Shown: positions 20,021-29,808, counted from the stretch's first letter. The stretch: DNA of 64,000 nt from an uncultured Bacillota bacterium (GCA_946499835.1 CAMMTJ010000005.1:930-64929), one strand, 5' to 3'. Numbers and translations are program-made. The notes: generated by a model not told the origin, from the letters alone.

Positions 20021-20079
20021 TCGAACCAGTGACCTCATGAGTATGAATCATGCGCTCTAGCCAGCTGAGCTATGCTGCC
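20003..20079 (-). tRNA. tRNA-Met(CAT), probably elongator
   Basis: GGCAGCA/TGCTGCT acceptor stem, anticodon arm CATGA-TTCATAC-TCATG, encoded CCA. Confidence 0.94.
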
Positions 20080-20261
20080 ATATATCAAGTGGACGCTTTT
20101 TATTATATCTATTTGTGAGAGCAAAGTCAATGATTTTTTGCAAGAAAAAAGTGCTTTTCTTTGTTTTGTCTATTATTAAAAGGCAAAAAAGGCAACAATT
20201 GACACAAAGTTGCTTGAAAAAAATCAAGCGCTATGATAAAATATATCAAAGAGAGGGTGCT

Positions 20262-21335
20262 ATGGCAGGATATGAAAAAAACACACAAACCTTAAACGAG
20301 GTGAATGAAAGAAAAAGGAAAAGGGCTTCAAATCAAAGAGAAGCAAATATCAAATATTTGGTTGAACAAGTTGGTTTTTCAGAAGAACTTGCAAAAAAGA
20401 TGGTGGACAAGGAAAATCTTGCTCCGCTGAGCAATGAAGAACTTGCATCTCGTATGGAGTTTTTCAGAGGACTTGGCATGACTAATTCTGAAATTGTGAA
20501 AATGTCAAAAAAATTTTCCAAGATTTTTTCTTACACAGTGCCACATATGAAGGAAGTGTGTGAGAACTTAAAAAATGGTCTTGGCGCAGATGAAAAACAA
20601 ATTTTTGATACCGTCACATCTTTTCCAAGAATTTTTAGTTATAGCCTAAAAAATATCCAAGAAAAAAAGAAGTTTGTCAAGGAAAACTTGTGTCCAGCAG
20701 GCGTTTCAAGCAAAGAATTGATGGCCAAAAATTTGCAAATTCTTTGCAGGAGCGAGAAAGATCTTTTGGATAGAAAAGCATTTTTGAAAGAAACTTTTGG
20801 ACTCAATGAAAATGAATGCAGAGACGTTATTTTCAATAATACTTACATTTTCGGCATGGCAAAAGAAAGTTTGTCAAAAAAGGCAGATGCCATTGAACAG
20901 GTTTTTGGAAGCAAGAAATATGTCCTCAATGACAATTTCATTTTGACAGCATCGCCTGAAAAATTGAAGTTCAACTATATGATTTTGTCACAATATAGTG
21001 CTGACCCATCATCCTTTATGAAGAGAAGATTTTATTTGCACAGGCCAAGTGTGTTATATGCAAGAGCAGAAGGACTGAAAAGTGCGAACAGGCAAGTGAG
21101 AACATCTTTGATTTTACAAACAAACAAATATTTTGAAGAAAAAACAGGGTTAAACACGCAAAGCCTGATGAAAGATTTCCCATTTGACAACGATGTTGCA
21201 CAAGAAATTATTTTGAATTATCATGAAAAATTCCCAAAAGTTCCAATAACTTTGGATGAAGAAGAAATCAAAGTTATTGTGGCGGGTGGACATAGTGCAA
21301 GAGCGAAAAAAGAAGTTGAAATGGGGGAGGTGTGA
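20262..21335 (+). CDS. mTERF-like helical repeat protein, large subunit of locus 1
   Basis: ~35-aa repeats such as LGMTNSEIVKMSKKFSKIFSY and LGADEKQIFDTVTSFPRIFSYS; C-terminus aligns with the 30776-31969 protein; start chosen from the RBS. Confidence 0.7.
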   Translation: MAGYEKNTQTLNEVNERKRKRASNQREANIKYLVEQVGFSEELAKKMVDKENLAPLSNEELASRMEFFRGLGMTNSEIVKMSKKFSKIFSYTVPHMKEVCENLKNGLGADEKQIFDTVTSFPRIFSYSLKNIQEKKKFVKENLCPAGVSSKELMAKNLQILCRSEKDLLDRKAFLKETFGLNENECRDVIFNNTYIFGMAKESLSKKADAIEQVFGSKKYVLNDNFILTASPEKLKFNYMILSQYSADPSSFMKRRFYLHRPSVLYARAEGLKSANRQVRTSLILQTNKYFEEKTGLNTQSLMKDFPFDNDVAQEIILNYHEKFPKVPITLDEEEIKVIVAGGHSARAKKEVEMGEV

Positions 21336-21622
21336 TTATGCCAAAGGTATTTGAAGAGTATGGTCTTAGCAAATATGATTTTGAAACCATAAAAAGTATT
21401 TTTCCATCCGTTTCTGTGCTTGATGAAGAGAGAATGAGAAAGAATATCGAACTTGTTGTTCATTTTGGCTATCCAGTTGAGGACATTTCAATTTTCATGG
21501 TGACAAACCCATCTTTTCTCAGCTATGATCCACAAAGACTTAAAAAGAAACTGGAAATACTTACTGATGGAAAAACTTTCAATCTTGAAAACTTGCTCAA
21601 ATGCGATCCATTTATCATTTAA
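21332..21622 (+). CDS. Small mTERF-like partner protein, locus 1
   Basis: Overlaps the upstream stop; FGYPVED...NPSFL...LKCDPFII; paralog of 30481-30774. Confidence 0.7.
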   Translation: MIMPKVFEEYGLSKYDFETIKSIFPSVSVLDEERMRKNIELVVHFGYPVEDISIFMVTNPSFLSYDPQRLKKKLEILTDGKTFNLENLLKCDPFII

Positions 21623-21634
21623 GGAGAAAAAATT

Positions 21635-22057
21635 ATGTTGTATGATCAAATAAAGAAAGCCAACGTTGAGGCTATGAAAAACAAAGATGCTGTTGCAAGA
21701 AGCATTTACAGTGTCGTGCTCAACAAACTTATGCTTGAAGTAATCAAAAAAAGAGAAAAAGGGCAAGAAATTGATGACGCTGACGTGTCAAACATCTTGC
21801 AAAAGACAATAAAAGAACTCAGCGAAGAAAAAGAAAACTATGCAAAAGTTGGCAACAATGAGGAAGTGGAAAAAATCACAACTCAAATTGCCACATTAGA
21901 AAAGTTTTTGCCAAAAATGCTTTCAAAGCAGGAAATTGCCGATATCATAAATTCACTTGATGACAAGAGCATTCCATCAGTCATGAAACACTTTAAGGCA
22001 AATTACAACGGCAAGTGCGATATGCGTCTTGTTCAAGAAGTTTTGAGGAATTTGTGA
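21635..22057 (+). CDS. GatB/YqeY domain protein
   Basis: LYDQIKKANVEAMKNKD, LEKFLPKMLS, MKHFKANYNGKCD. Confidence 0.88.
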   Translation: MLYDQIKKANVEAMKNKDAVARSIYSVVLNKLMLEVIKKREKGQEIDDADVSNILQKTIKELSEEKENYAKVGNNEEVEKITTQIATLEKFLPKMLSKQEIADIINSLDDKSIPSVMKHFKANYNGKCDMRLVQEVLRNL

Positions 22058-22761
22058 TGAAGGTCTTTGCAATAAGCGACCTTCATCTTTCTCTGCACAA
22101 TCCAAAGCCTATGGATATCTTTGGGCCTGCATGGGAAGGGTATATTGACAAGATTTTCGCTGACTGGAAAGAGAAGGTGACAGAGGAAGACCTTGTGCTT
22201 CTTGCTGGCGACTTTTCTTGGGCGATGAATCTTGAAAACACAAAGAGCGACTTTGAACTTTTAAGCCAACTTCCTGGCAAAAAAGTCATCATAAGAGGCA
22301 ATCATGACTATTGGTGGAAAAGCATCTCGGCGGTGCGAAAGTTTGTTCCAGAAGGGTTTTATGTTATTCAAAATGACGCCATGAAGTTTGGCAATATCGT
22401 CATTTGTGGGACAAGAGGTTGGAGCGTGCCAGAGAAAAACAGTGAGATATCACCAGAAGATCAAAAAATTTTGGCACGTGAGGTTATAAGGCTTGAAATG
22501 AGCCTCAACAGTGCAAAGAAATTGTGCACTGATGAGAGGGACAAGATCGTTTGCATGATGCACTATCCGCCAGTCAACTTTAAGAGAGAAGACAGTCAAT
22601 TTTCATCTCTTATCAAAGATTATGGCGTAAGCGCTGTTGTCTTTGGGCATCTTCACGGCTACAAAAATATTGCGTTGAAGTTTTTCAAGGATGATTTGCC
22701 TTACTATTTGACCTCTTGTGACCTCACCGAAAACAAACTGGTTTTGATTGAAGAGGTTTAA
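22057..22761 (+). CDS. Calcineurin-like metallophosphoesterase
   Basis: SDLH, AGD, GNHD, HYPP, GHLH. Confidence 0.92.
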   Translation: MKVFAISDLHLSLHNPKPMDIFGPAWEGYIDKIFADWKEKVTEEDLVLLAGDFSWAMNLENTKSDFELLSQLPGKKVIIRGNHDYWWKSISAVRKFVPEGFYVIQNDAMKFGNIVICGTRGWSVPEKNSEISPEDQKILAREVIRLEMSLNSAKKLCTDERDKIVCMMHYPPVNFKREDSQFSSLIKDYGVSAVVFGHLHGYKNIALKFFKDDLPYYLTSCDLTENKLVLIEEV

Positions 22762-22859
22762 CTTTTCAAAAAAGGGCAAAAACAAAAATATATTTGACAT
22801 AACAAGAACTTTTGTTGTAAACTTTATTGTCAAAAGGACTAAATTTAACGGAGAATTTT

Positions 22860-24293
22860 ATGAAAAGAAAGAATTTGGCAAAAGCATGCTTTGCAATTCT
22901 TGCACTTCCACTTATTTTGACAGGTTGTGCAACTGTTGGCAACGTGCTTGATGAAAATGGCAATAATATATATTTTGAAGATATAACCTTCTTCGGTGGC
23001 AATGGTGTCAAGGTGGGAGATTATCTTTATTATGCAAATGGTTATACCGAAGTTGGTGATGGGACAAGTTTCAACTATCAAACGGCGGCAGAGACAGGAT
23101 ATCTTTCACGCATCAACCTTTCAGACGGCATAGGAGCATCATCAAATCAAGAAGCACCAAATGATGTTGAAAAGGTCAATGACAAAGCGGTAGGTTATGA
23201 AAACCAATATATGTTTGCATATCAAAACTATCTTTATTTCACATCAGCAAACCAGCACCAAACAGCATCTCTTGAAAATGATTACACCCGTGTGAGTGTT
23301 TTCAGGGTGAGATTCAATGGTGACGGCGTGCAAGAACTCTTCACAACAAGATATGACTCCTCATCATTTATCACCGCAGTTGAGGGCTCTGACGGAAGAG
23401 CATACATCATCACTTATGCGGAAACAGATAGGGACGTTTCATCAGATACAACAGAATATGATATAAGCGTTATGCCAATCGGCGACAGCCTTGGTTCAAG
23501 AGAAGTTGTTGTTGAAAATGCAACCTCAGCCGTTGTTGATAGTGATGAAAACAGCCAAATCAAATCTGTATTCTACACAAAAACGCCAGAACTTGGTCAG
23601 TCAACCTCAAACGTTTTTGCTTATGACTATGCAACAAAACAGACAACAAATTATTCTGTTGAAAACTTTGGCTCAACCACAGATCTGCTTGCAAAAATTG
23701 ATGATCAACTTTTCTATACTTACACGTCAAAGACAGTGACACAAGTTTATAAAACCGATCTGCTGGCAAGCGACAAAATTTTGGGCTCAGAGAGTGATGT
23801 TTTCCATCCAACATCTTCAATGTCAAACATTTACAGAGTTGCAGATGGCACGCCAAGAGCAGGATATGTCTTTGTGGGCTCTTCATCAAATCTCATGTAT
23901 AAGGCAGATAACGCAAGAGATGCCGTTCCAATTCTCACGTCAAGCAACTTTGAAGATATTTTGTTCGTCAGTGGCGACTATGTCTACTTCTCAAACTCAA
24001 CATCAATTGGAAGGGTTACTTTCATTGAGAATGGTGGAGAATACAAACAAGAAACTCTTGTCACAATGACCAGCATTGTTTCAGGCGAATATGCTTTCGT
24101 TGATGGATATATCTATTTCTATGCTCAATATGAACCTGTTGAGGTTGAAGAAGGGGAAGATTCTGTAGAGTATGAGACTGATGAGAGCATCTATATGTAT
24201 CGCATTCAAGCAGGCTCACCTGAACATATTGGACCTTACCAGCTTATTGGCAAAAACAAAGTTATGCCAGTTGTTGAAGATGACGAGGAATAA
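22860..24293 (+). CDS. Lipoprotein, probable beta-propeller
   Basis: Lipobox LTGC; recurring GDYLYY, NYLYF, DYVYF and GYIYF strands. Confidence 0.75.
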   Translation: MKRKNLAKACFAILALPLILTGCATVGNVLDENGNNIYFEDITFFGGNGVKVGDYLYYANGYTEVGDGTSFNYQTAAETGYLSRINLSDGIGASSNQEAPNDVEKVNDKAVGYENQYMFAYQNYLYFTSANQHQTASLENDYTRVSVFRVRFNGDGVQELFTTRYDSSSFITAVEGSDGRAYIITYAETDRDVSSDTTEYDISVMPIGDSLGSREVVVENATSAVVDSDENSQIKSVFYTKTPELGQSTSNVFAYDYATKQTTNYSVENFGSTTDLLAKIDDQLFYTYTSKTVTQVYKTDLLASDKILGSESDVFHPTSSMSNIYRVADGTPRAGYVFVGSSSNLMYKADNARDAVPILTSSNFEDILFVSGDYVYFSNSTSIGRVTFIENGGEYKQETLVTMTSIVSGEYAFVDGYIYFYAQYEPVEVEEGEDSVEYETDESIYMYRIQAGSPEHIGPYQLIGKNKVMPVVEDDEE

Positions 24294-24424
24294 TTTTTGA
24301 TTTTTCAGGCTGACACTTTTCGTCAAAAAGAAAGGTGGACAGCCTTTTTTTATGCAATATTCTCTAAAACAAAAACTCACAAAATATATGAGAAAATTCT
24401 TCATTCTTTATCCTATCTTTGTCT

Positions 24425-24495
24425 TTCGACCAAATTTTACCCTCTTCGACAAGAAACGCCCAAGACTTGCAGGCAGTATAATTTCCTTTGTCGTA
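24425..24495. promoter_or_regulatory. Spo0A boxes upstream of spo0A
   Basis: Perfect TTCGACA at 24445-24451; one-mismatch TTCGACC at 24425 and TGTCGTA at 24489. Confidence 0.6.
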
Positions 24496-24547
24496 AAAAT
24501 GTGTTATCTTAAAAAAGGTGATCACAGAAAATATAAAGGAGCAAAAA

Positions 24548-25300
24548 ATGGAAAACAAAAATGACAAAAAATTCCGTATCTATTTTGCGGATAATGCAGA
24601 AGATGAAAAACTTTTTTCATACTTTTCAAACAATGACAAGTTTGAAGTTGTTGGGAAAAGCGTGGTTGGAGAAGAGGTTGTCAAAGATGTTGAAAAAACA
24701 TTGCCAGACTTTCTTGTTATGGAAGTTCTTCTCTCTGGCATGGACGGATTTATGGTGCTTGAAAAACTCAAAAGTTCGCTCGGCAAAAGTATGCCAAAAG
24801 TGATCTTTATCTCAAACCTTTCACACAGTGGATTTGTGGCAAAAGCAATCAAAGAAGGTGTGAGTTATTTCATGGTTAAGCCAATTTCACCTGAAAATCT
24901 TGAACAAAGAATCATCGATTTGACAAAGCCTCAAAAATCAAAGGAAAAGGGTGAAAAAGTTTTGGAAGAAAAGATTTCAAACATATTTATCACTATCGGC
25001 ATCCCAGCACATATCAAAGGTTATCAATTTTTGAGAGAGGCTGTCAAACTTGCCATTGAAGAGCCTGAAATAATTGGATCAATCACAAAAAGACTTTATC
25101 CAACGATAGCCGAAAGATTTTCAACCAGTTCTTCAAAAGTGGAAAGAGGCATGCGTCATGCCATAGAAGTGGCTTGGAATAGAGGCAAAATTGAAAACAT
25201 CAATAATCTTTTTGGACTTAAAATTTATAGTAGCAATGAAAAGCCTACAAATGGTGAACTCATCGCCCTCATAGCAGACAAAATGCTTATGGAAGGATAA
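24548..25300 (+). CDS. spo0A: Sporulation master regulator Spo0A with atypical receiver domain
   Basis: GIPAHIKGYQFLREA, ITKRLYPTIA, SKVERGMRHAIEVAWNRG, KPTNGELIALIADK. Confidence 0.95.
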   Translation: MENKNDKKFRIYFADNAEDEKLFSYFSNNDKFEVVGKSVVGEEVVKDVEKTLPDFLVMEVLLSGMDGFMVLEKLKSSLGKSMPKVIFISNLSHSGFVAKAIKEGVSYFMVKPISPENLEQRIIDLTKPQKSKEKGEKVLEEKISNIFITIGIPAHIKGYQFLREAVKLAIEEPEIIGSITKRLYPTIAERFSTSSSKVERGMRHAIEVAWNRGKIENINNLFGLKIYSSNEKPTNGELIALIADKMLMEG

Positions 25301-25354
25301 ACTTGACTGCAAAACAAACTTGTGCTAAACTTTCTTAGGATAAAGGAAAGGAAT

Positions 25355-25696
25355 ATGCTCAAAGTATTAAATCTCAAAGAAGATTTTGTCAGCACCGATC
25401 AAGCGCTTGCCATGGTTGAGATTGAAATTGAAAAGTGTGCTTTTGATGGATGCGTTGCCATCAAAGTGCTTCATGGATATGGTTCTCACGGCAAGGGTGG
25501 AAAGATACTGATTGCACTTAGACAAAAGTTGAGACAATGGAAGAGAAACGGGTTTATCAAAAACTATTTCGCAGGCGACAAGTGGGATGTTTTTGATAAG
25601 GACGCATGGGAAATTTTGCAAGCGGACAAGTCGATATCTGGCGACGAAGATTTGGGACGAGCAAACCCAGGAATTACAATAATAGCCATCAAATGA
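25355..25696 (+). CDS. Smr domain protein
   Basis: KVLHGYGSHGKGG and NPGIT motifs. Confidence 0.85.
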   Translation: MLKVLNLKEDFVSTDQALAMVEIEIEKCAFDGCVAIKVLHGYGSHGKGGKILIALRQKLRQWKRNGFIKNYFAGDKWDVFDKDAWEILQADKSISGDEDLGRANPGITIIAIK

Positions 25697-25782
25697 CTTA
25701 TTGACGAGAAATGAAGGGACGCCTTCTTTTTTTTATTGTCTTTTTATTGGAAAGAAGGGGCAGGGTGGTGTATAATACTTGT

Positions 25783-26619
25783 ATGGAAAAGTGTTTTGAC
25801 TGCCCAAGGAATTGTGGCGTTGACAGAGAAAAAGAGAAAGGCTTTTGCAGAGAAGGCAGTCGCATTCGTGTGGCAAAAGTGATAGAAAATTTTATGTGGG
25901 AAGAGCCACTCATTTCTGGAAAGAAAGGGGCGCTTGCTATATTTTTTTCTGGTTGCAGTTTGAGATGCAACTATTGTCAAAACTTTCAAATATCTCATAT
26001 CGGCAAAGGGGAAAGTTATTCACCAGAGGAGTTTGCATCCTTTTTGAAAAAATTTGACTATTCAAAATATGACAGCCTTGACCTTGTCACACCGACTCAT
26101 TTTTCATCGCTACTCAAAGAGGCTTTTTCTATTTTCAAACCGCCAGTGCCAGTGGTTTGGAACAGCAGTGGCTATGAAAAGGTGGAAACGCTTGAAGGAC
26201 TGTCTTTCATCGATGTGTTTTTGGTAGATTTCAAATATCACTCAAAAGAACTATCAAAAAGGTTGTCTTTTGCTGACGATTATTTTGATGTGGCAAGGCA
26301 GGCGATAAGTTTTATGATAAAGTCAAGGCAAGATAAAATTGAAGACGGTGTTCTCAAAAGAGGAGTGATTGTGCGTCATCTTGTTTTGCCAGATGAGGTG
26401 CGTGACAGCATGGCGGTGCTTGATGAAATTGCAAAAATGGGGAAACCTATTTTAAGTCTTATGAGGCAGTTTACGCCAACAGGACGAGGAGAAAAGAAGA
26501 GAAAGATTTCTTCCTTGGAATTTAAGACTGTGCTTGCTCATGCCTTAAAATTGGGGCTTGACAAAGGGTTCGTGCAAGATGAGGACTCGGCAAGCGACAA
26601 ATATATTCCTTCTTTTTAA
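25783..26619 (+). CDS. Radical SAM protein (PflX family)
   Basis: CFDCPRNCGVDR, WEEP, FSGCSLRCNYCQN, VRHLVLP. Confidence 0.9.
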   Translation: MEKCFDCPRNCGVDREKEKGFCREGSRIRVAKVIENFMWEEPLISGKKGALAIFFSGCSLRCNYCQNFQISHIGKGESYSPEEFASFLKKFDYSKYDSLDLVTPTHFSSLLKEAFSIFKPPVPVVWNSSGYEKVETLEGLSFIDVFLVDFKYHSKELSKRLSFADDYFDVARQAISFMIKSRQDKIEDGVLKRGVIVRHLVLPDEVRDSMAVLDEIAKMGKPILSLMRQFTPTGRGEKKRKISSLEFKTVLAHALKLGLDKGFVQDEDSASDKYIPSF

Positions 26620-26677
26620 GAAACGTTTGACAACAAAATGTTTATTTTGTTAAAATATAAGAAAAGTGAGGGGAGAT

Positions 26678-26983
26678 ATGTCTGCTTATAAAACATATTT
26701 GAAGAAAAAATTTACGCGTTCAAGAATTTATGGCTTGATTTTCTCTCTTATGGGAGTTGCAATCGTTTTGCTATACTTTTTGACTGACCTTAACAAATGG
26801 CTTCTTATGATAAGTCTTGGCTATGTTATGGGTGCAATCTTTATGAGCAATATCACCTATCAAGACATTCGTGTTGGCTCACCATGGCCAAAAATTAACG
26901 CTTGTTTTGCAGTTCTGTTCTACTTTTTGTCTATTGGGCTTATGATTTATGGCTTTACAACTGGCGAACTTAGCATTGTATAA
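26678..26983 (+). CDS. Small membrane protein (three TM helices)
   Basis: Hydrophobic ORF with RBS. Confidence 0.65.
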   Translation: MSAYKTYLKKKFTRSRIYGLIFSLMGVAIVLLYFLTDLNKWLLMISLGYVMGAIFMSNITYQDIRVGSPWPKINACFAVLFYFLSIGLMIYGFTTGELSIV

Positions 26984-27008
26984 AACGCAAAGAGATTTGC
27001 GTTTTTTT

Positions 27009-28472
27009 TTAATAAACTCCTTCCACACGATAAACATAAATGTCTGCATCTTGATAATACACACTGCTCATCGTCACAGAGCCAGAAGATCTTGACAAGA
27101 TAATTGTGTAAAAGACAGCAAAACGATTTTGAGCCTCTGTGGCTCTCAAATGGACAAGATAGCAATTCAGTCCAGTTGCGTCAGTGGACAGAATGACACC
27201 ATCGGTGATTGCGCCATGTAAAGGCATTTCTGTGTAGGCGTAATAGTTTTTTACGCAAGCATAAACACGAAGTTTTTTGTATTTTGCATAATCAATGACA
27301 AGCGTTTTTGATCCAGTCATTCCATCTGGGCAGTTGTTGTTGTGATCTGGATCATCTTTGTCATAGAGCAGTTCAACAGTTTCGCCACCGCCACCACTTC
27401 CGCCACCGCCAAGAGAGTCGATTTCATTCTCACAAGCGGTGACACGTTGGGCAATTGATGTCAAACTGGCACGCGTGCTTTCAAGAGTGGTTGAAAAAGA
27501 AGAAACATCATCTTCCATATTGCCGACAGTCGTCTCGCAGGTGTTGACCTTGTTTTCACAAGTCGTCATTCTTTGAGAGACTGAGGTGAGTGAGGCTCTG
27601 GTGCTTTCCAGCGTAGTGTCCAAAGTGTCAACTTCACTTGACAGACTGCTCAAATCTCCGTCCAGTGCAGAAACTTCGCTTTCAAGAGAGTCTATATCTG
27701 TTTGCATGGCAGATATGCTTGATGAGTGAGAAGAAGTTGTTGACTGCAAAGAGTCAATCTCACCTTCGGCTGTGGTCACCCTTTGAGCAACAGATGTGAG
27801 AGAAGATCTTGTGCTTTCAAGCGTGCTGTCAAGATCGTTCACTTGCTCGGAGATTGAAGATATCGAGCCTTGGGCGCTTTCGACTTGATCAGATAACCCT
27901 GAAAGAGATGTTTGCAAAGCCGTTATTGACGTGTCATGCCCTTGCAGAGATGTTTGAATTTCGTCAATCTCACCTTCGGCTGTTGTAACTCGTTGGGCTA
28001 TCGCAGTCAATGATGATCTTGTGTTTTCAAGCGTTGTGGAAAGTGTGCCAATGCTTGTGGTGTTGGCAGAGATCGCTTCTTCTGCATCTTCTAGGTCACT
28101 TTCAAGAGTGGATATAGAAGAAGAAAGGGTGGATAGTGATTGAGAAAGGGTTGAGAGAGAAGAAGATAGATCAGTTATTTGGCTTGTATGATTGCTAGTA
28201 GTATTAGTAAGAGTGTCAAGATCCTCCTGCATACTGCTGTCCGCTAGTTCAAGATTTGTCAGCCTGCTTTTGATATCCTTGATTGTCTGCTGAGAAGAGA
28301 GCAGTTCATCCAAAAAAGAGAGCACTGCCGATTTGATAGCCTCAGTCGTTGTGCCTTGTGAAATAAGAGCGGTAAGTTCTTCTTTAAGCGCTGGCAAACT
28401 CTTTTTGACAAGAGCCCAAAGTTCTTTTTCAAGTTGTTCAACGCTGTTTGATAACATTTGAAATTTGTCCAT
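27009..28472 (-). CDS. Long coiled-coil fibre-like protein with Gly linker and C-terminal beta-rich head
   Basis: Heptad S/T-rich stalk with TLE(S/N)TR.SLT...QR repeated four times; GGGGSGGGG linker. Confidence 0.7.
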   Translation of the reverse strand: MDKFQMLSNSVEQLEKELWALVKKSLPALKEELTALISQGTTTEAIKSAVLSFLDELLSSQQTIKDIKSRLTNLELADSSMQEDLDTLTNTTSNHTSQITDLSSSLSTLSQSLSTLSSSISTLESDLEDAEEAISANTTSIGTLSTTLENTRSSLTAIAQRVTTAEGEIDEIQTSLQGHDTSITALQTSLSGLSDQVESAQGSISSISEQVNDLDSTLESTRSSLTSVAQRVTTAEGEIDSLQSTTSSHSSSISAMQTDIDSLESEVSALDGDLSSLSSEVDTLDTTLESTRASLTSVSQRMTTCENKVNTCETTVGNMEDDVSSFSTTLESTRASLTSIAQRVTACENEIDSLGGGGSGGGGETVELLYDKDDPDHNNNCPDGMTGSKTLVIDYAKYKKLRVYACVKNYYAYTEMPLHGAITDGVILSTDATGLNCYLVHLRATEAQNRFAVFYTIILSRSSGSVTMSSVYYQDADIYVYRVEGVY

Positions 28473-28534
28473 AAAAAAACTCCTTTGCAAGCATTTTACA
28501 AAGGAGATTTGTCTTCTTCAAGAAAGACTGCCAA

Positions 28535-29143
28535 TTATTTCTTTTTGGAGCGTTTTTTCCGGATGAAAATCACTGACAGAATAATAGTGACAAGGGCGAC
28601 AATTATGGTTATTGATGCGATTAGTGCACCGCTTATGCCATAAGGTGCAATATCTTGCGTTCTCATCATGCCATAGAAGAGGGATCCATCTTCCAAAACT
28701 ATTGCAAGAGAGGTAAACTCATTTTGGTCATCAAAACCGCCGTAAATGGTTATGCCTTGCCCAAGTTTTGCGATGTGCTGAGTTGGATTTCCATTGATGT
28801 CATAAATGATCGCGCCATCAAGAGTGACCGATCCGTTGAAAACAGGATAAACATCTTGCCCATTCTCATTTGTTGTGACGTAATATTTGTAAACGTATCC
28901 CTCTATTGTCTGATCTTCAACATCTGCTCTGACAAGAATGAAATCGCCATTTTCTTCAATTGCTTGGAATATTGTTCCATGTTCAAAAGTATAAGCCTGT
29001 CCAGAGGCGTCTGCAAGCACTGTTTCAAAAGAAGGCGAGGCATACAAATTGACAAAAGTTGCCACAACTGATAGGCTCTGTCCACCTGAAACCGTTGAGG
29101 CAAAACTGGTAACTAAAAGAATGCACGCAAGCAAAGTTTTCAT
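28535..29143 (-). CDS. Exported protein with SH3b-like domains and C-terminal TM anchor
   Basis: Signal peptide; VNLYASPS...GYVYKYYV; terminal TM helix followed by basic RKKRSKKK. Confidence 0.6.
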   Translation of the reverse strand: MKTLLACILLVTSFASTVSGGQSLSVVATFVNLYASPSFETVLADASGQAYTFEHGTIFQAIEENGDFILVRADVEDQTIEGYVYKYYVTTNENGQDVYPVFNGSVTLDGAIIYDINGNPTQHIAKLGQGITIYGGFDDQNEFTSLAIVLEDGSLFYGMMRTQDIAPYGISGALIASITIIVALVTIILSVIFIRKKRSKKK

Positions 29144-29199
29144 AACTCAATTATTGCCAAAACAAAGGTGTTTGTCAAGTTAATTTCTTAGAAAATCTA

Positions 29200-29316
29200 T
29201 GTGGATAACTCTCCATTTTATGTGGATAACTGCCCATAAAAATGTGGATAACTGTGCCTATTATGTGGATAACTCGACAAAAAAATGTGGATAACTTGAC
29301 CCAAAATTGTGGAAAA
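29200..29316. promoter_or_regulatory. DnaA-box array (five perfect, one with a single mismatch)
   Basis: TGTGGATAA at 29200, 29221, 29243, 29264 and 29286; TGTGGAAAA at 29308. Confidence 0.88.
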
Positions 29317-29384
29317 GTGAGAAAGAAAAGTATAACTATAAATGGCAAGAAGCCCCTCTTTTCAATCCCTTCTTTGCAAGACAA

Positions 29385-29413
29385 ACAAAAAAGCATATCG
29401 GTCGATATGCTTT
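29385..29413. repeat. 29-bp direct repeat (terminator hairpin), left copy
   Basis: acaaaaaagcatatcggtcgatatgcttt, identical to 30436-30464. Confidence 0.85.
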
Positions 29414-29808
29414 GGTTTCGTTGAAAGATATCTAAAAATTGTTATTGCATTTCCGCCTTTCCAAGCATAAAATGCAAACCTATTTTTGCGGCTCTGATAC
29501 AATCGCATCTTGCCTTCAGATCACGTTTGGCATATTCTCTTGTCATATTAAAATCTCCTTTTTTTTCTTTTATTTTAGCACGGGGGCGTGGGTGATAGAC
29601 GTTTGCGAAGAAATAGGAATTATTAAAAATGATAAAACGGGCAGAAAAATTATCACATTGGAAGAATGGCAAAAAGATTATGATTTTGAAAAAACAATTA
29701 TATACTTATTTAATATTTTATTGGAAAATTGAGAGATATGTATTATTATATGTATAGATATCTTCAAATCAAAAATTAGAATATATAAAAAATTAAAGGA
29801 GTTTAAAA

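Noticed and set aside
27009-29143. Prophage remnant
   Set aside because: No other phage structural, lysis or integration genes are nearby
29200-29316. CRISPR array or plasmid iterons
   Set aside because: The conserved unit is only 9-12 bp, matches the DnaA box exactly, spacers are ~10 bp, and no cas or rep gene is nearby
29439-29732. 97-aa ORF inside the repeat-flanked segment
   Set aside because: No RBS, a T-run-derived FFFF stretch and no motif; at most a 3' gene remnant
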